Assembly (NCBI RefSeq): GCF_009914755.1
Contig: NC_060928.1
Source of the DNA: the human T2T-CHM13v2.0 reference genome, Homo sapiens
Length of the DNA stretch: 64,000 bases
Strand: one strand, 5' to 3'
Shown: positions 27,182 through 41,719 of the stretch, in pieces
Numbering within the stretch: the first letter of the stretch is position 1
Layout: the number at the start of each line of letters is the position of its first letter
Position numbers and translations under genes: made by a program
The notes under the pieces: generated by a model
Databases searched by the model: none
Seen by the model: the letters and a program-made list of their open reading frames with translations, nothing else
What the model was told of the DNA's origin: nothing

Positions 27182-30100
27182 ATATAAAAGGAAAAGTTAA
27201 CTCTACATGCTACCATCTAGTTTATATTTATACCATATTTATTTCATCATATCAATTCTTTAAGATTTTTTTTTAAAACCCTAATACATATTAGGCTAAT
27301 CTAACCATATTAATCAGAAACGCATTCAGTTCACAGTAACATAATCCTCATTTAAACATCATTCAAAAATAGCAGGGTGGAGGGCATTTATTAGCTCACA
27401 TAATGCCCTGCAGTTCTGGCATCAGGGTTGGCTTGATCCAGAGTCCAGACAATGCTACTCAAGTTTGCCCTTTGTCTCTTGGACAGGCCTTCATCGCGTG
27501 GCTACTGGTGGCCTCACTGAATTTTACCAACCTAACAACCCTAGGGGATAGAGATAGCCTTTTCTGATTGCAACCTCAGAAGAGATCCAAGGAAGATACT
27601 GATTTGCTTGACTTGGATCATGTGCCTATCTTGGAATCAGCCACTACGACCAAGAGCATAGGATAGGTGCATTGCCAGTTCTGGGTCATGTGAATAGGGA
27701 AGGGCAGAGTCAGGCTCCCGTGGAATGGGTTCCCTACAGAAAAAAAAGGGGTCTATTTCAGAAAGACATGCTGGAGAGGTTTAATAAGAAATGCCTCTGG
27801 CCCTTGAAATGGCCCACAGGACAGAAGATAAATGAGGCTTAAAAAACATCAGGTTTCTAGAAAAGTACTCAGTGTAATTTCTGCAAAAATAAAAACAGAA
27901 GCTATATCTTATAGACAAGAGCTTGCTGCTCCAATTTTTAAAAATGCCTCACTGCCTTTATGGTCCTTACACCTACATCAATTATTACAAGAGATGAGGA
28001 AGGCTGGCGGGAGTCACGTGGACTGAGAGGGCCTATCATTATGTCAGCTGATAACACTGGGATGTCCCTGCAAGGAAGACCGGAACATGGCCAAGTGAGG
28101 TAACTCTTTATGGATATACCTAGGTCCCACTATGTACAAGTGGGGTAAAGTGGGAGTGAAAGCGAGTTTAGGGGCAGGAATGCCAATGTGCAAGGGGCCC
28201 TTCCATTGAGAAGAACCCTGTTTAAATCCACTTAGGTTCATGTCACAGTAGTTTTTTCTTTTTTCGCTTGTTAGTTTTATACTCTGATTTTATGAAAAAT
28301 ACCCCACAACTCAGGTTTAATTTCCCTGGGGGAGATAGCTTTGAAATAACTATTAAACCTCTTTTTCCCTCTTTTTGCTACACTAAGCAAACTGGGAAAT
28401 ATTTTCCCTGAGGACAATAGCCCAGTCATTCATGCAGTAATCATTTTAATGCTATTTGTTTCTTCTTCCTTTTTTTAAAAAAAACTTTCCAACAGTGTTT
28501 GCATATAGCCCTCCCAATTTTATATTTCTACATTTTCTTTTTTATGAGTAAGACAGATGACATATTCATGTGTAGGATTCTGTGAGAAATTCAACTTAAT
28601 TTCATGGCCAGGGGTAAATGTGAATGACTCATTGATGAAATTAGTAAGCCCTTTGCACAGCAATTGAAAATTTATCTATCTGGCACATTCATTTCATTGT
28701 CACACAACCACAAGAGGCATTATCCTCAATTTATAGATGAGGAAACTGAGTCTCAGAGAGATGAAATCTTGTTAAGGTGCCGCAAGTAGATTTGAACCCA
28801 AATAACCTGACCCAAACAAAAACAATCAACATTTCCTGTTTAAACCCCTTGCGTGCCGTGTGCTATTTAATCTCAAAAAAAATCTGTGAGCTAGGTTATG
28901 ATTATCATCTTTATTTTACAGATAAAATTGAGGTTTTCAGGATTAAATAAATTGATGATTCAAACCCAGATCTGCCTTATTGCAAAGCTTTGTCCAAACA
29001 CAGAACTTTTCCCGAAGCCTCAGTTAGCTCTGAAAACTCCAAATCTGGTGGAGGTAAGAAGTGAGGGCTGGATCCGAGGCCACAGAAAGGAGAGCAGGCA
29101 GATCGAGCCCCCTGCTTGGGCTGAGAAGCCTTCGCCTGCCAAGCCAGCTCTGTGGATGAACTATTTGCAGGCCATGTTCATTCAAAAGAGCTGAGGCAGC
29201 CTGGATGGAAGCCCAAATGCCAAGATGAAGGTGCCCGACTGACAAAATGCCAGTGTGAGCTGTTGCCTGCTGGCTTCACCCGCTGAAAACTTGGGGACCC
29301 CCATGTTCACAAAGGCACTGCAGACAGAAAGAAATGTCTGGTAAGCAGAGAGGTCTCCGCAAGCCCAATTATCCACTCTAGCCCATAATCGTGATTGTGG
29401 TGCATACCCAGCCCTACCACGTCGGGGGTGGCCCCATGCAGACATGGAGGCGCCAGCTGGTGCACCGCCAATTCTTCATCAGCAACGAAGGGCAGCCCTG
29501 ACATCTCTCATCTGCCCCAAGCACCCTCCTTTAACCTCCTTTACATGACAAAATTTCCACTTACAAGTTAATCAAAACCCTGACCATGAATGAGAAAGAA
29601 AAAAAAATACTCCGTTAATTAAAAATCTCAAAAGATGCCAATGGTAACAGTCTGCAGATGCCTTCTTCCTCTGCTAATCCTACAGGAAAACCAGACATCA
29701 GTGATCAGTTTAAGAATCACAGGTGCTGTGATTAGGCCTGAGAGCATTTAGCTGTGACAAGTGGAATGAGAAAGATTTTTAATCTTCCTGAAATCCCAAG
29801 CTTTGAAAGTAATTAAATAATTAATGAGAAGCAGGGCTTCCCCTTCCTTCCCAAGAGAAGTTAAGTTCCCAAGTTTCTTCCCTGTGCAATACTGTCTCTT
29901 AAATGCATAGACGAAGTATCTCCAGTCATTCAACAAATATTTATTGAGCACCTACTCTGTGTCAAGTCCTCTGGAAGGTGGTGGACACACCGCAGGGAGG
30001 TTGACAAAGTTCCTGCACTTACCTTCTAGAATGAGGGACAACAATTAACATGTAAATGGGTAGTTTGAGGGTGTTGGAATAAAAAGCAAGATGCATACAG

Positions 30101-30191
30101 CGTGAAAAGGGGGAGGACCCCTTTAGACCATGTGGTCAGGTACAGCCCTATGAGGTAGTAGTACCACTTGAAGAGATACTTAAATGACAAG

Positions 30192-30550
30192 TGTCTTTGT
30201 CTTCTCTTGCTTATAACTGAATACCTGAAACTGGGAAATTTGTAAAGAAAAATACTTCTTATGGTTATGAAGGCTGAGAATTCCAAGGTCAAGGGGCTGC
30301 ACCTAGGGTCTCTGCAGTTTCAAGGCAGCTCAGGGTATCGCGTGGCAAGGTTGCCGTGTGTGCTAGCTCAGCTGTCTTCCTTTTCTTGCAAGGCCACTAG
30401 TCCCACTCCCGTGATAACCCATTAACTCATGAATAGATTAATCCACGCATGATCCAATCACCTCTGAAAAGCCCCACCTCTCAATACTGCAACATTGGGG
30501 ATTAGGTTTCAACATGAGTTTTGGAGAGGACAAATATTCAAGCCATAGCA
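30192..30550 (-). mobile_element. MST-type MaLR solo LTR inserted in L2
   Basis: TG...CA ends; 5-bp TSD acaag at 30187-30191 and 30551-30555. Confidence 0.85.
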
Positions 30551-30771
30551 ACAAGTAAAGCCAGGCCAAGAGCACAGAGCATTTCAGGCAGAGGAAACTG
30601 TAAGTACAAAGTCCCATAGGCTAGATCAGACCGGATGTGCTCAAGAACAAGCATAATACTTGTGTGAGGTAGAAGAGGTCAGCAGGGACAAGTCCCCTAG
30701 AACCTTCTAGGACATAGTAAAATGTCTGGATGTTATTCTAAGCGATCGAAAAGGCTTCATTACTATTTTTT

Positions 30772-30774
<3 letters not shown>

Positions 30775-30822
<48 letters not shown>
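30775..30822. repeat. (TG)24 microsatellite in the tail of an antisense Alu
   Basis: Uninterrupted dinucleotide run. Confidence 0.98.
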
Positions 30823-30823
<1 letters not shown>

Positions 30824-31130
30824 CAAGGTCTTGTTCTGTCACCCAGGCTGGAGTGCAGTAGAGGAATCATAGCTCACACAGCAACCTTGATCTCCCAAGT
30901 TCAAGCGATCCTCCCACCCTCCCACCTCAGCTTCCAGAGTAGTTGTGGTGGCACAGGCATGCGCCGCCATGCTTGGCTAATTTTTTTTTTCTTTCTCTCT
31001 TTTTTTTTGGTAGCGATGGGGGTCTCAATTTGTTGCTCAGGCTGGTCTCAAACTTCTGGGCTCAAGCAATTCACCTGCTTCATTCTCCCAAAGTGCTGGG
31101 ATTACAGGCATGAGCCACCAATCCCAGCCT
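30823..31130 (-). mobile_element. AluJ, antisense
   Basis: Reverse Alu dimer. Confidence 0.9.
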
Positions 31131-31344
31131 GAAAAGCCTTTTATTGGGATGTCTTAACAAGGGATCATAAATCAGATTTCAATTTCTAAATGTTTGCCCT
31201 GGCTGCAATGTGGGTAATGTTTATGGGGGTGGGTGGTGGGCAAGGAAGAGGACAAAAATATTCAATAGGACCCATAGTCCATATAAAATAATGCTGCCTT
31301 TGATAAAGCCCCTGTGACATTTTTTATTGACCTTACACACATAA

Positions 31345-31690
31345 GCACACTCATGTGTCACTTAACAAGGATACATTCTGAGAAATGCATCCTTAGGTGA
31401 TTTCACCATTTTCTGAGCATCAAAGTGTACTTACCCAACCTACATGGTATAGCCTACTACACACCTATGCTATATGGTGTGGCCTATTGCTCCTAGGCTC
31501 CAAACCTGTATAGCACGTGATTGAACTGAAAACTTTAGGCAATCATAACACAATGGGAAGTATTTGTGTACCTAAACATATCTAAATATTAAATAAAAAG
31601 GTATAGTAAAAATAGGGTAATCTTACGGGACCATCATCATATATGTGGTTCGTTGTTGACCGAAACATTATTACGTAGTACATGACTGTA
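31345..31690 (+). mobile_element. Tigger3a/MER7-type TcMar DNA transposon fossil
   Basis: ttctgagaaatgcatccttaggtgatttca...ggtatagcctactacacacct...catgactgta end. Confidence 0.85.
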
Positions 31691-31712
31691 CCTGGTATTT
31701 TCAGAATGGATT

Positions 31713-32281
31713 TATATTAGACAGGGTTTTCCAGAGAGACAAAACATAGATGGATGGATGGATAGACAGAGATGAGAGGGGATTGATTAGGGGAATCAGC
31801 TCACACAATTTGGAAACTGAGAAGTCCCATGCCAGGCATTTGCAAGCTGGAGACCCAGGGCAGCTGGTAGTGTGGCTCAGTCCCAGCTGAAGGCCTCAGA
31901 ATTAGGGAAGCCGATGGTGTTACTCTCAGTCCAAGACAGCAGGTCTGAGAACCCAGGGAAGCAACGGTTCAGATCCTGGAGTCCAAAAGCTGAAGAACTT
32001 GGGAATTCTGCTTCCAAAAGCAGGAGAAGAAGGGTGCCCCAGCTCCAGAAGAGAGAGAAAAAAATTGTCTCTCCTCTGCCTTTTTGTTCTATCTGGGCCA
32101 TCAGCCAATTAGATGGTGCCACCCACACTGTGTGAGGGCAGATCTTCCTCACTCAGTCCACTGCTTCAAATGCCAATCTCCTCCAGAAACACGCTCACAG
32201 ACACACCCAGAAATAATGCTTTACCAGCTATCTGTGTATCCCCTGATCCAGTCAAGTTGACACCTAAAATTAACCATCACA
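31713..32281 (-). mobile_element. MLT2B/C-type ERVL solo LTR
   Basis: agggttttccagagagac...ccagtcaagttgacacctaaaattaaccatcaca. Confidence 0.85.
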
Positions 32282-33375
32282 GGATTTCTCTATTGCTTGG
32301 CAGAGTTCCAACATTTCAGACTTTCTAATGTCTTAAAGTAGTACTTTTAATAAATGGATGTATCGTTTTACTCTTCTAGGAGCTAAGGACTGGCTCAATT
32401 GACTATAAAGAATCGAGAATGTCAGCTGACCAGGCAACCAGGAGACGCTTTCCTGACTTCCACTATGCACGTGGGCTGCATAATTGTGTCTGTGAAGTAA
32501 TGAAGAACGTGCTTGCTCTGTAACATCCAAACGCGTGGCCACCATTCACAGATAGTGTCCTTTGGGAAAGGTGTGGGTATAGATGGGGAATGGTCAGTCC
32601 TATGAATATGGGGCTATAAGACAGCAAGGCTAGAAAGTATCTGTGCTTTCATTTTTTAATTTTATCTATTTTTTTTTTTTTTTGCACTAATGGTTTGCAT
32701 TCACATTGAGGAACTGAGACTGTTTTCAGACTTTTGGCCTACTGATGACCTTATGTTCATAAAAGGATAGAAGTATAATAAGTTGTTTAATATAAAACAT
32801 ACTGAAATTTTATTTTCTGTCTCCTTGGATATAAAGTTTCCACTTATCTTGGGTTTAAGTACCTACTCCTCCACAGAGAGGGACCTTGTGCATGTAGATT
32901 GATATTCTCAGGATGAAAGCAGTACCTACTACAACTAGGAACTCACAGAACAGGAAGACGATGCTTGTTCCTGATGGCATGTAAATCTAGATTCACTTCT
33001 AGCTGGAAGGAGGCAGGCCAGAAATTCAGAGTTGTAGGTCCTTGGCCTGGGTGGATGTGCTACAACATGAACCATAAACCTCCATCACTTATCTTGGCGG
33101 ATAGAAAATTGGAACTTTGGAGGAAAGTTTCGCATCAAGCACTCAGACCCAATAAATACTCCCACTCCTTGCAGAGCTACCGAACATTCTGCACTCCATT
33201 TATCAGGCTACCCAAGGATGCTTGGAATGTGCTGGCCGGAGCCACCATCAGCACTTGCTGATGACTCTTTGTGGTACCGCCACTCACTTTCTGTACTGTG
33301 TTCTTTCTTCTTCCTTCTCTTTTGTTCTTCTGCCCAGCGACACACTTGTGCAGACTGACTTGGTGCCTTGGTGCC

Positions 33376-33822
33376 TGTTATGGACTGAATGCTCGTGTCC
33401 TCCCACATTCATATGTCAAAGCACAATCCCCAATGTGATGGTATTTGGAGATGGGGCCTCTGGGGGGTGATCAGGTTTAGCTGTTGTAAAGGTGAGCCCT
33501 CCGCGTCTGGATTAGTGCCCTTATAAAAAGAGACACAAGCGAGCTTTCTCATTCTCCTTCCACCATGTTAAGATACAATGAGAAGACGGCCATCTGGAAA
33601 ACAGGAAGCAGGCCTTCACCTGCTGTAGGCAATCATAACACAATGAGAAGTATTGTGTTGGCACTATCTGGTCCAGGAGCAGCTGGACCTCCCAGAAAGA
33701 CATGGGGTCAGCCTCCACCTGGATCCTGAACTTCCCAGCCTCCATAAGCATGAGAAATAAATGTCTGTTGCTTAAGCCATCCAGCCTATGGTAACTTTTT
33801 ATAGCAGCCTGAAGCTACTAAG
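33376..33822 (+). mobile_element. MLT1A-type solo LTR carrying a 77-bp foreign insertion
   Basis: Colinear with the 4958-5322 copy except for 33621-33697. Confidence 0.85.
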
Positions 33823-34121
33823 ATGGTGCCAAGACTGTGAGATGGCACTAGAAGAGAGAGAATAAAAACACAGGCTCTTAAGTGGTTCAAATCCTGGCTC
33901 TGCCACTTGTCCATTATGTGGTTTTTGGGCAAAGCTGAATCTTTCTGTGCCTCAGTTCCCAATCTGGAAAATGAGACGTCTATTCTATCAGGGTAGGGAT
34001 GAGATAAGATCATGTGTTCAATTAGATGGGATCAAACACATGGTAGAGGAACTTAATACATCTTTATTGTTATTATAGCTATGTCACTGAAAGAATTGGG
34101 TTAAATAAAATGCAATCTCTC

Positions 34122-34410
34122 GGCCGGGCGCAGTGGCTCACACCTGTAATCCCAGCACTTTGGGAGGCCAAGGTGGGTGGATCATGAGGTCAGGAGTTCG
34201 AGACCAGCCTGGCCAAGATGGTGAAACCCTGTCTCTACTAAAAATACGAAAATTAGCCGGGCGTGGCAGGCACCTGTAATCCCAGTTACCCGGGAGGCTG
34301 AGGCAGAAGAATCGCTTGAACCCGGGAGCGGAGGTTGCAGTGAGCCGAGATCGCTGCACTCTAGCCTGGGTGACACAGCAAAACTCTGTCTCAAAAAAAA
34401 AAAAAAAAAA
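34122..34410 (+). mobile_element. AluS (Sg-like)
   Basis: Perfect 15-bp TSD aaaatgcaatctctc at 34107-34121 and 34411-34425. Confidence 0.96.
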
Positions 34411-34559
34411 AAAATGCAATCTCTCACCAGAAGTTGAAAATCTAGCCTGTGAGATAAAGAGACACTTAATTGTAATACGTGGCGCTTGGCAAAAGGTGAC
34501 AAATACTATTATATAATCAGTATATGGAAAAAACACCATGAAAGCTGCAGTAGATCAAC

Positions 34560-35010
34560 TAGAACTGCAAATTCCTTATCACTGCTTTCATCAAGAGCTG
34601 GAGTCTAGTTCCCCTCCTCCTTGAAACAGTGACCTGTTGACAAACAGAATGAGGCTGAAACAACTCTGGGTGTCTTGTAAGGCAAAACCATGAGGAACCT
34701 TGCAGCTGCTTCCTGATTCTCATGCGGCACTCCCTCTTGGAACAGAGCTGCCATGCTGGGAGATGTTACCTATGGGGGCTCCAGTTGACAGCCCCAGTTG
34801 AGCATCCACTGTCGTAGGAGTGAACCATCCTGGACAGTCCAACCCAGTCAGCTCCCAGGTGACTTCGGCTGTTCCAGTGCCCAGCCACACCTTGTGATGC
34901 AGAATGCCCAGTCAACTCACAGAACTGCAAGAGATAGTACAATTGTTGTTTTCATCTTTAAGCACTAAGTTTTGGATAGTTAGTTATGCAGCCATAGATA
35001 AACCAAACAG
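34560..35010 (+). mobile_element. MLT1H/J-type MaLR LTR
   Basis: tcatcaagagctggagtct...gcccagtcaactcacagaa...ttaagcactaagttttgg...gttatgcagccataga. Confidence 0.65.
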
Positions 35011-35819
35011 GAGTTTAGGAGAGGAGAGTTCTTTCAAGTCAAGTGATCATGGAAGGGTTCCTAGAAGAAGTGGGATTTGAAAATATCCTTGGAAGGAAGG
35101 TCTGTGACAAGAGACTCACAGGAGAAGGTCATTCTAAAGAGAGGAATGAGTTGGAGCAGAACCCAGAGTGGGGTAAAGATAGGTTGCGGGCAGCACCTGG
35201 CAAATGGACCAGAGCTGCCTGTGCAGGGGGCTGGGAGAAATGGGCTAGAGCCAAGCTGAGATGGTTGCTCATTCCCAATCATGGCGGCTTTGGGGGCAGG
35301 CTCTTTTCATTGCCAGGAAGGAAAACTCATTTCTGCTCTTCCAGGTAAAGGGGCTTTATGGGAAACAATGGGATTTTTATGAGTTAGGGAGACAAGAATC
35401 TGTGGATAGAATAAAAACTAAATTGCAGCTGGACCTCCCAGAGAGACGCTGGAATTGGAAGTTGCTCAAGATCCCCCAGTGGCTTCCTATCACAGGCACA
35501 GCAAAATCCTAAGCCCTTCACATGGTCTGCGAGGCCCACAGCATGGTGCCCTTGCCCTGGCTACCTCAATGATCTGATTTCCTTTCACTGCCTCCTTCAC
35601 TCACTCTGTTCCGGCCACACTGGATTCCTCGCTGATCTTTGAACAGCACCCTGGGCTCAGCACTTTTGCACTCATAAGTCTTGCCACCAGGATTGTTCTT
35701 CCAGATATTTACATGGCTCCCTCCTCTTCACTCAGGTCTCTGTGGTCTCCTCAAGAGTGACTGCTTTCTCCTGCCATAGTGCTCTTGCCTGCTCTATTTT
35801 TCTTCCCAGCACGGTATTA

Positions 35820-36633
<814 letters not shown>

Positions 36634-37069
36634 CTACTCGCTAAGAGCTTTCCTCTCACAGCTCCTGCTGACTCATAACCACGGCTTACTCACAGCTCCC
36701 CTCGAGCTGCTACTGTGTTTTTTTTGTGCATCTGTCCACCGTCTGTTCCTTCTGCTGACCTCCTGATTCTCCCTGGTTTTCCAGTTGAAGTTCCAGAAAC
36801 AGAGAATCTGATTAGGTCAGCCCATTCTCCATTTAGGCAGAGGTTTTGACCTTTAACTCTGGTCTGGGTCAGACATCCACATGGCTCCATCAGCTGTGAC
36901 CACAGGCACAGAGCACAGCAACCTAGACACAGAGACCCATTGTTTCACTCAGCAGAGGCGCATGGATGCAGTGGGTGCCTTTAATGACCTGTTGACAATA
37001 GCTTGAGGCTCTGGTCAGGGCAGTGATGGACCAGATCTATGTCTTCAGAAGGTAATTTAAATCACCCTG

Positions 37070-37421
37070 TGTATTAGTCTGTTTTCACACTGCTGATAAA
37101 GACATACCCAAGACTGGGCAATTTACAAAAGAAGGAGGTTTAATGAACTTACAGTTCCACGTGGCTGGGGAGGCCTCACAACCGTGGCAGAAGGTGAGGG
37201 GCATGTCTCACATGGCAGAAGACAAGAGAAGAGAGCTTGTGCAGGGAAACACCCCTTTATAAAACCATCAGATCTTGTGAGATTTACTCACTATCACGAG
37301 AACAGCACAGGAAAGACCCGTCCCCAATTACCTCCCACCAGGTCCCTCCCACAACATGTGGGAATTGTGGGAGCTACAACTCAAGATGAGATTTGGGTGG
37401 GGACACAGCCAAACCATATCA
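37070..37421 (-). mobile_element. THE1 (B/C-type) solo LTR
   Basis: tgtattagtc...aaccatatca; 5-bp TSD ccctg at 37065-37069 and 37422-37426. Confidence 0.92.
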
Positions 37422-39840
37422 CCCTGTGAATAAGACAGTTTACTGATGGAAGAGGACAGACAAGACCAGTTAGGAAGCCATAGGAAGGGAGAGCTGATGA
37501 GGACTCAAGTCAAGCCAAGGTCAACGACAGTGAGGAGGAGTAGGAGCAAGTGGGCCTTGAACCTGAAGCTGTCCACCAGGCAAGTGACGCTGGAGTTCAG
37601 CAGAGCAAATAGTCTGGAAGTCATAAAGACATGAGTTAAAATTACGGGGTGCAGAGCATAGCAAGAGATTAGCTGAGATGGACATTTTGGGGAAATCTCT
37701 TACATGGAAAGAGTCAAAGAAGAAAAACCTATATATACTTATACAGATGGGCAGAGACTCAGCAAGTCACAGAACCCCATAAAAACAGAGAAGCATTTTC
37801 CCCACTTACTCTCTTATTCTCAGCAGCACCAGCCCAGAGGTTCTGCATGAGATCCCACTCTGTTCCAAGCCCCAAGCTTCAAGTCTGTTTTTCTACAGCC
37901 AGTAACATTATTTCTTGGGAATCCACAACATTCTAAAAATACATTCGCTAGGCTGCAGTGCCACAATTAGTAAAGCTGCTGTCCCAGGAAACCCTCATCA
38001 TCATTTTGCTTAGATCAGACAGCGGATTAACTTTGATGTCTGTCTGAACCCTGTGCGATACACCACTGGCAGTCTGCTCCCTGCAAGCATTCAATCTTCA
38101 CATCCAAGGGAAGAGGGAGAAAGTGCCAGAGAGGAGCCCAACCCAATTCTTCCCCCCAGTGATTGAGATGAAAATATGCACCCTAGGACTGCCGACATAT
38201 CTGACTTGCATCCTGTCTCCCTACATCCCTGGAGCTCTCTCTCCCTTTACACAAATACGTTCCCCCAAACTCAAACTTCCTTTGCCTTTCCCAAACATTA
38301 GCACAGTGATGAAGCCCCAAGTGCTTTCATCCATGCCATGTGTAGGAGGTAATTGTGTTAATTTCTGTATCTATTAGCACTCCTGGTGGCATGCCACTGA
38401 AACTGACTCTAACTTAAGTCCAAAGGGACTTTATTGGAAGCATATGGGGTGGCCTGCAGAATATAATGAACGCTCAAGAATCAGACTGCAAGGGGAAACA
38501 ACCAGGGAAGCTCCAGGATTACAGGCAAGTGGGAGGTATACGATGATCACATCAGAACATTAGCAATGGAAGACAGCTACTCCAACAATGCTGTCCGTCT
38601 TTGCGTCACTGTCTTCATCGTCCTTATTTCTGGGAGAAAAAGAACAATTGGACCAAATGATCCAGCTGGATCATCCCCACACCCAGGCAACCAAGCTCCC
38701 TGACATCATAAAACATTGTAGATTGGTGGTTAAGAGCAGTATCTGGAACTAGCCAGGCTCGGTTTGAATCCTGGCTCCACCATTTACCAGCCATGTGATC
38801 AAGTCATTCTCAGTATGCCCCAGCTTCCCCCTCTGAACATGAGGATACCTATCCATAGGTATTGGTGAGCACAAAGTGAGCAAACCTGTGATACTGACTA
38901 TAGAGGGCAAGTGTTCTACAAATCTTGATGTTAGCATTGATTAGGAATACACAAGGCCCCTGAAATTGCAGTCTATCCAAAAATGCCAAGATAAGAGGTC
39001 ATTCTCCAAAAGACATCAGTTTTTATCAAGGCACAGTGGGTGGCCAAAAAACAATTACTATCCTCTACTACATCTTATCCCTCCACCAGACTGTGGACAC
39101 CATGAGGACAATAGATTCTGCTGTTTTCCTCACCGCTGTGTTCACCAGCACCTGAAAAGCATCTGGCATATTGTGCCTGGCTCAATGAACCATTACTGAA
39201 TTCACAAATATTGAATGATTCCTTCTGTGTTCCCAATCAACTAGTACAATGTTTTGCATGGGAGTAGGCACACAATAAGTATTTGCTGATTTAATTGATA
39301 GGTCAGAGGGAAAAGAAAAACTGGAGGAGTGTGGTTTTCTCAGAAATGGGGAACACACGGGAATCAAAGAGATGAGCTTGCATTTGGCAGGACTCAGTGG
39401 CAAGTAAGTGATAGGTAACTGTTTTCTGGTGTGTTGATGTCAATTACCTATACAAATGATCTAGATGGCCTAATCATTTCTGCTGGTCAACTAACGCCTT
39501 TAGATCAGCATCAAGGAGACAAGAGAAACCACGAGTCACTTGGCACATCACCTTGGAGAGGGAGAGGCTCATCTGCCACAATGGACTTGTCCTTGCCTTA
39601 GAGGCACTCCCAGTACCTCATCATGATGCTCTGTTCTCCTGGCAACGCTCCTTACTGGCTTGCAGGTGCCCGTGAGCAGGGCTTGGCTGGCCATCCTGCC
39701 AAGCTTGCTCATGGAGACAGCAAGATCTCATGGAGGAGCATTTCAGATCAGACATCACAAGAGCTAAGACCTCGGCCAATGCTGTGTGACCTCAGGAGAG
39801 TTCTGGTCTCTGGCTGTCAGTGACCAGATCTATAAAATAG

Positions 39841-39884
39841 AGTAATCCTTGCCTTGCAGCTCAGTAATCCTTGCCTTGCAGCTC
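39841..39884. repeat. Perfect 22-bp tandem duplication
   Basis: agtaatccttgccttgcagctc x2. Confidence 0.97.
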
Positions 39885-40366
39885 CAAGTGGAGTCACATC
39901 CTCAGAGATTTTATCTGGAACTCCTTCTGTTGTAAAAGACAGAACCCAACTCAAACTGGCTTCAGAGAAAGGGGGACTCTATTGCTCATGTTACTGAGCA
40001 GTCTAGGGGTAGAGCTCTTCTGAGATACAGCTGGCACAAATGCAACACTAGCATCTGATTTCTCCCCACCTCTCAGCCCTCCTTCTGCTGTACTGACTTC
40101 CTTTTCAGTTCCTAAATGATGGCCCCCAGTAGCTCGAGTCTCATTCGCTCAAGTTCAAATCCAACTTTCCAGTAGCTGGAATAGACTATGGTTGGCTCAG
40201 CTTGGGTCATGTGGCCAGGAGGATGCAACTACATTAGGTGTTCAGGACTGATTCCTAATCAATACTAACCTCAAGACTGAGTCCTGGGTGCCAACCAATC
40301 CCTGTGACGAGGAAGCTTGGTCAGGCCCTTATGCTTAACTTTCAGAGCTGGGAAGAAGTAGGATGA

Positions 40367-40818
<452 letters not shown>

Positions 40819-41719
40819 CTCACCTGGGTATTTTCTATCGTGTGATATAAAGCTGGTGTCACAGTTCCCTCTGTGCTATGAAGTCTTCTGTCCTCATCCT
40901 AACAAGCTCCTGTAAGTGCCCGAGGAGCAGCTGCCACACTGCAGTCATCTGTCTTCCTCCTCTGAATTTCTGTAGCCCGCAGGACCATAACACGTGTCGG
41001 CAGCACGCAATGTCGGTCATTAGTTATCTTTTTATGGATATGTTCTATCTCTTCATCTATGCGACAGGATCCTAGAGAGCAGGGGTCACATCTTATTCAT
41101 CTTTGTGTCCCCTTAGCACTCTGCCTGGTGTTTGGGGCATGGCAGATAGTCCATGAATCTGGGGAGAGATTGAATAACTGATTTACATGCTTCTAGAGCC
41201 ACAGAGGTAGACAGTAGCTTGATGCAACTACAAGATTACAAAGAAAGAGGAAACCTGTCCTCTCCAAGCTATTTTGAAACGCTTGTAGATCTGTTGTGGC
41301 CTAAATAATGCTGCTAGGGTCAAGACAGATATCCTCTTTGCTCCCCAGGCCCAGCTGCTGGCATGATTCCTATTTATAAAGGCATGGAGGCCCAAGGAAT
41401 CTGTGTCTCAGCTGCCCAGTATCCCTGGGCAGGTCATAGTCAGGCACAGCCCACTTGTAAGGGCAGTGTGGTGCAGAGGGCGGAGGATGGCAACTTGAGG
41501 AAGAGGAAACAGGTATCTGTTCTCGGTGGCCCCCACCCAGACAATACGGAAGCGCCCCGTGGCCCCATGGATGGGACCGGATGCTGGCTCTCTGCCTTGG
41601 CCAAGGCATCCCAGCACAGGGAACAGGGAGAGAGGATGGGATGGAGGGAGAGAGGATGGGATGGAGAAAGAGAGTAGCTCGGATGCTGAAACAACGTTCC
41701 TCCTAGGCTAGTCTTGGTG

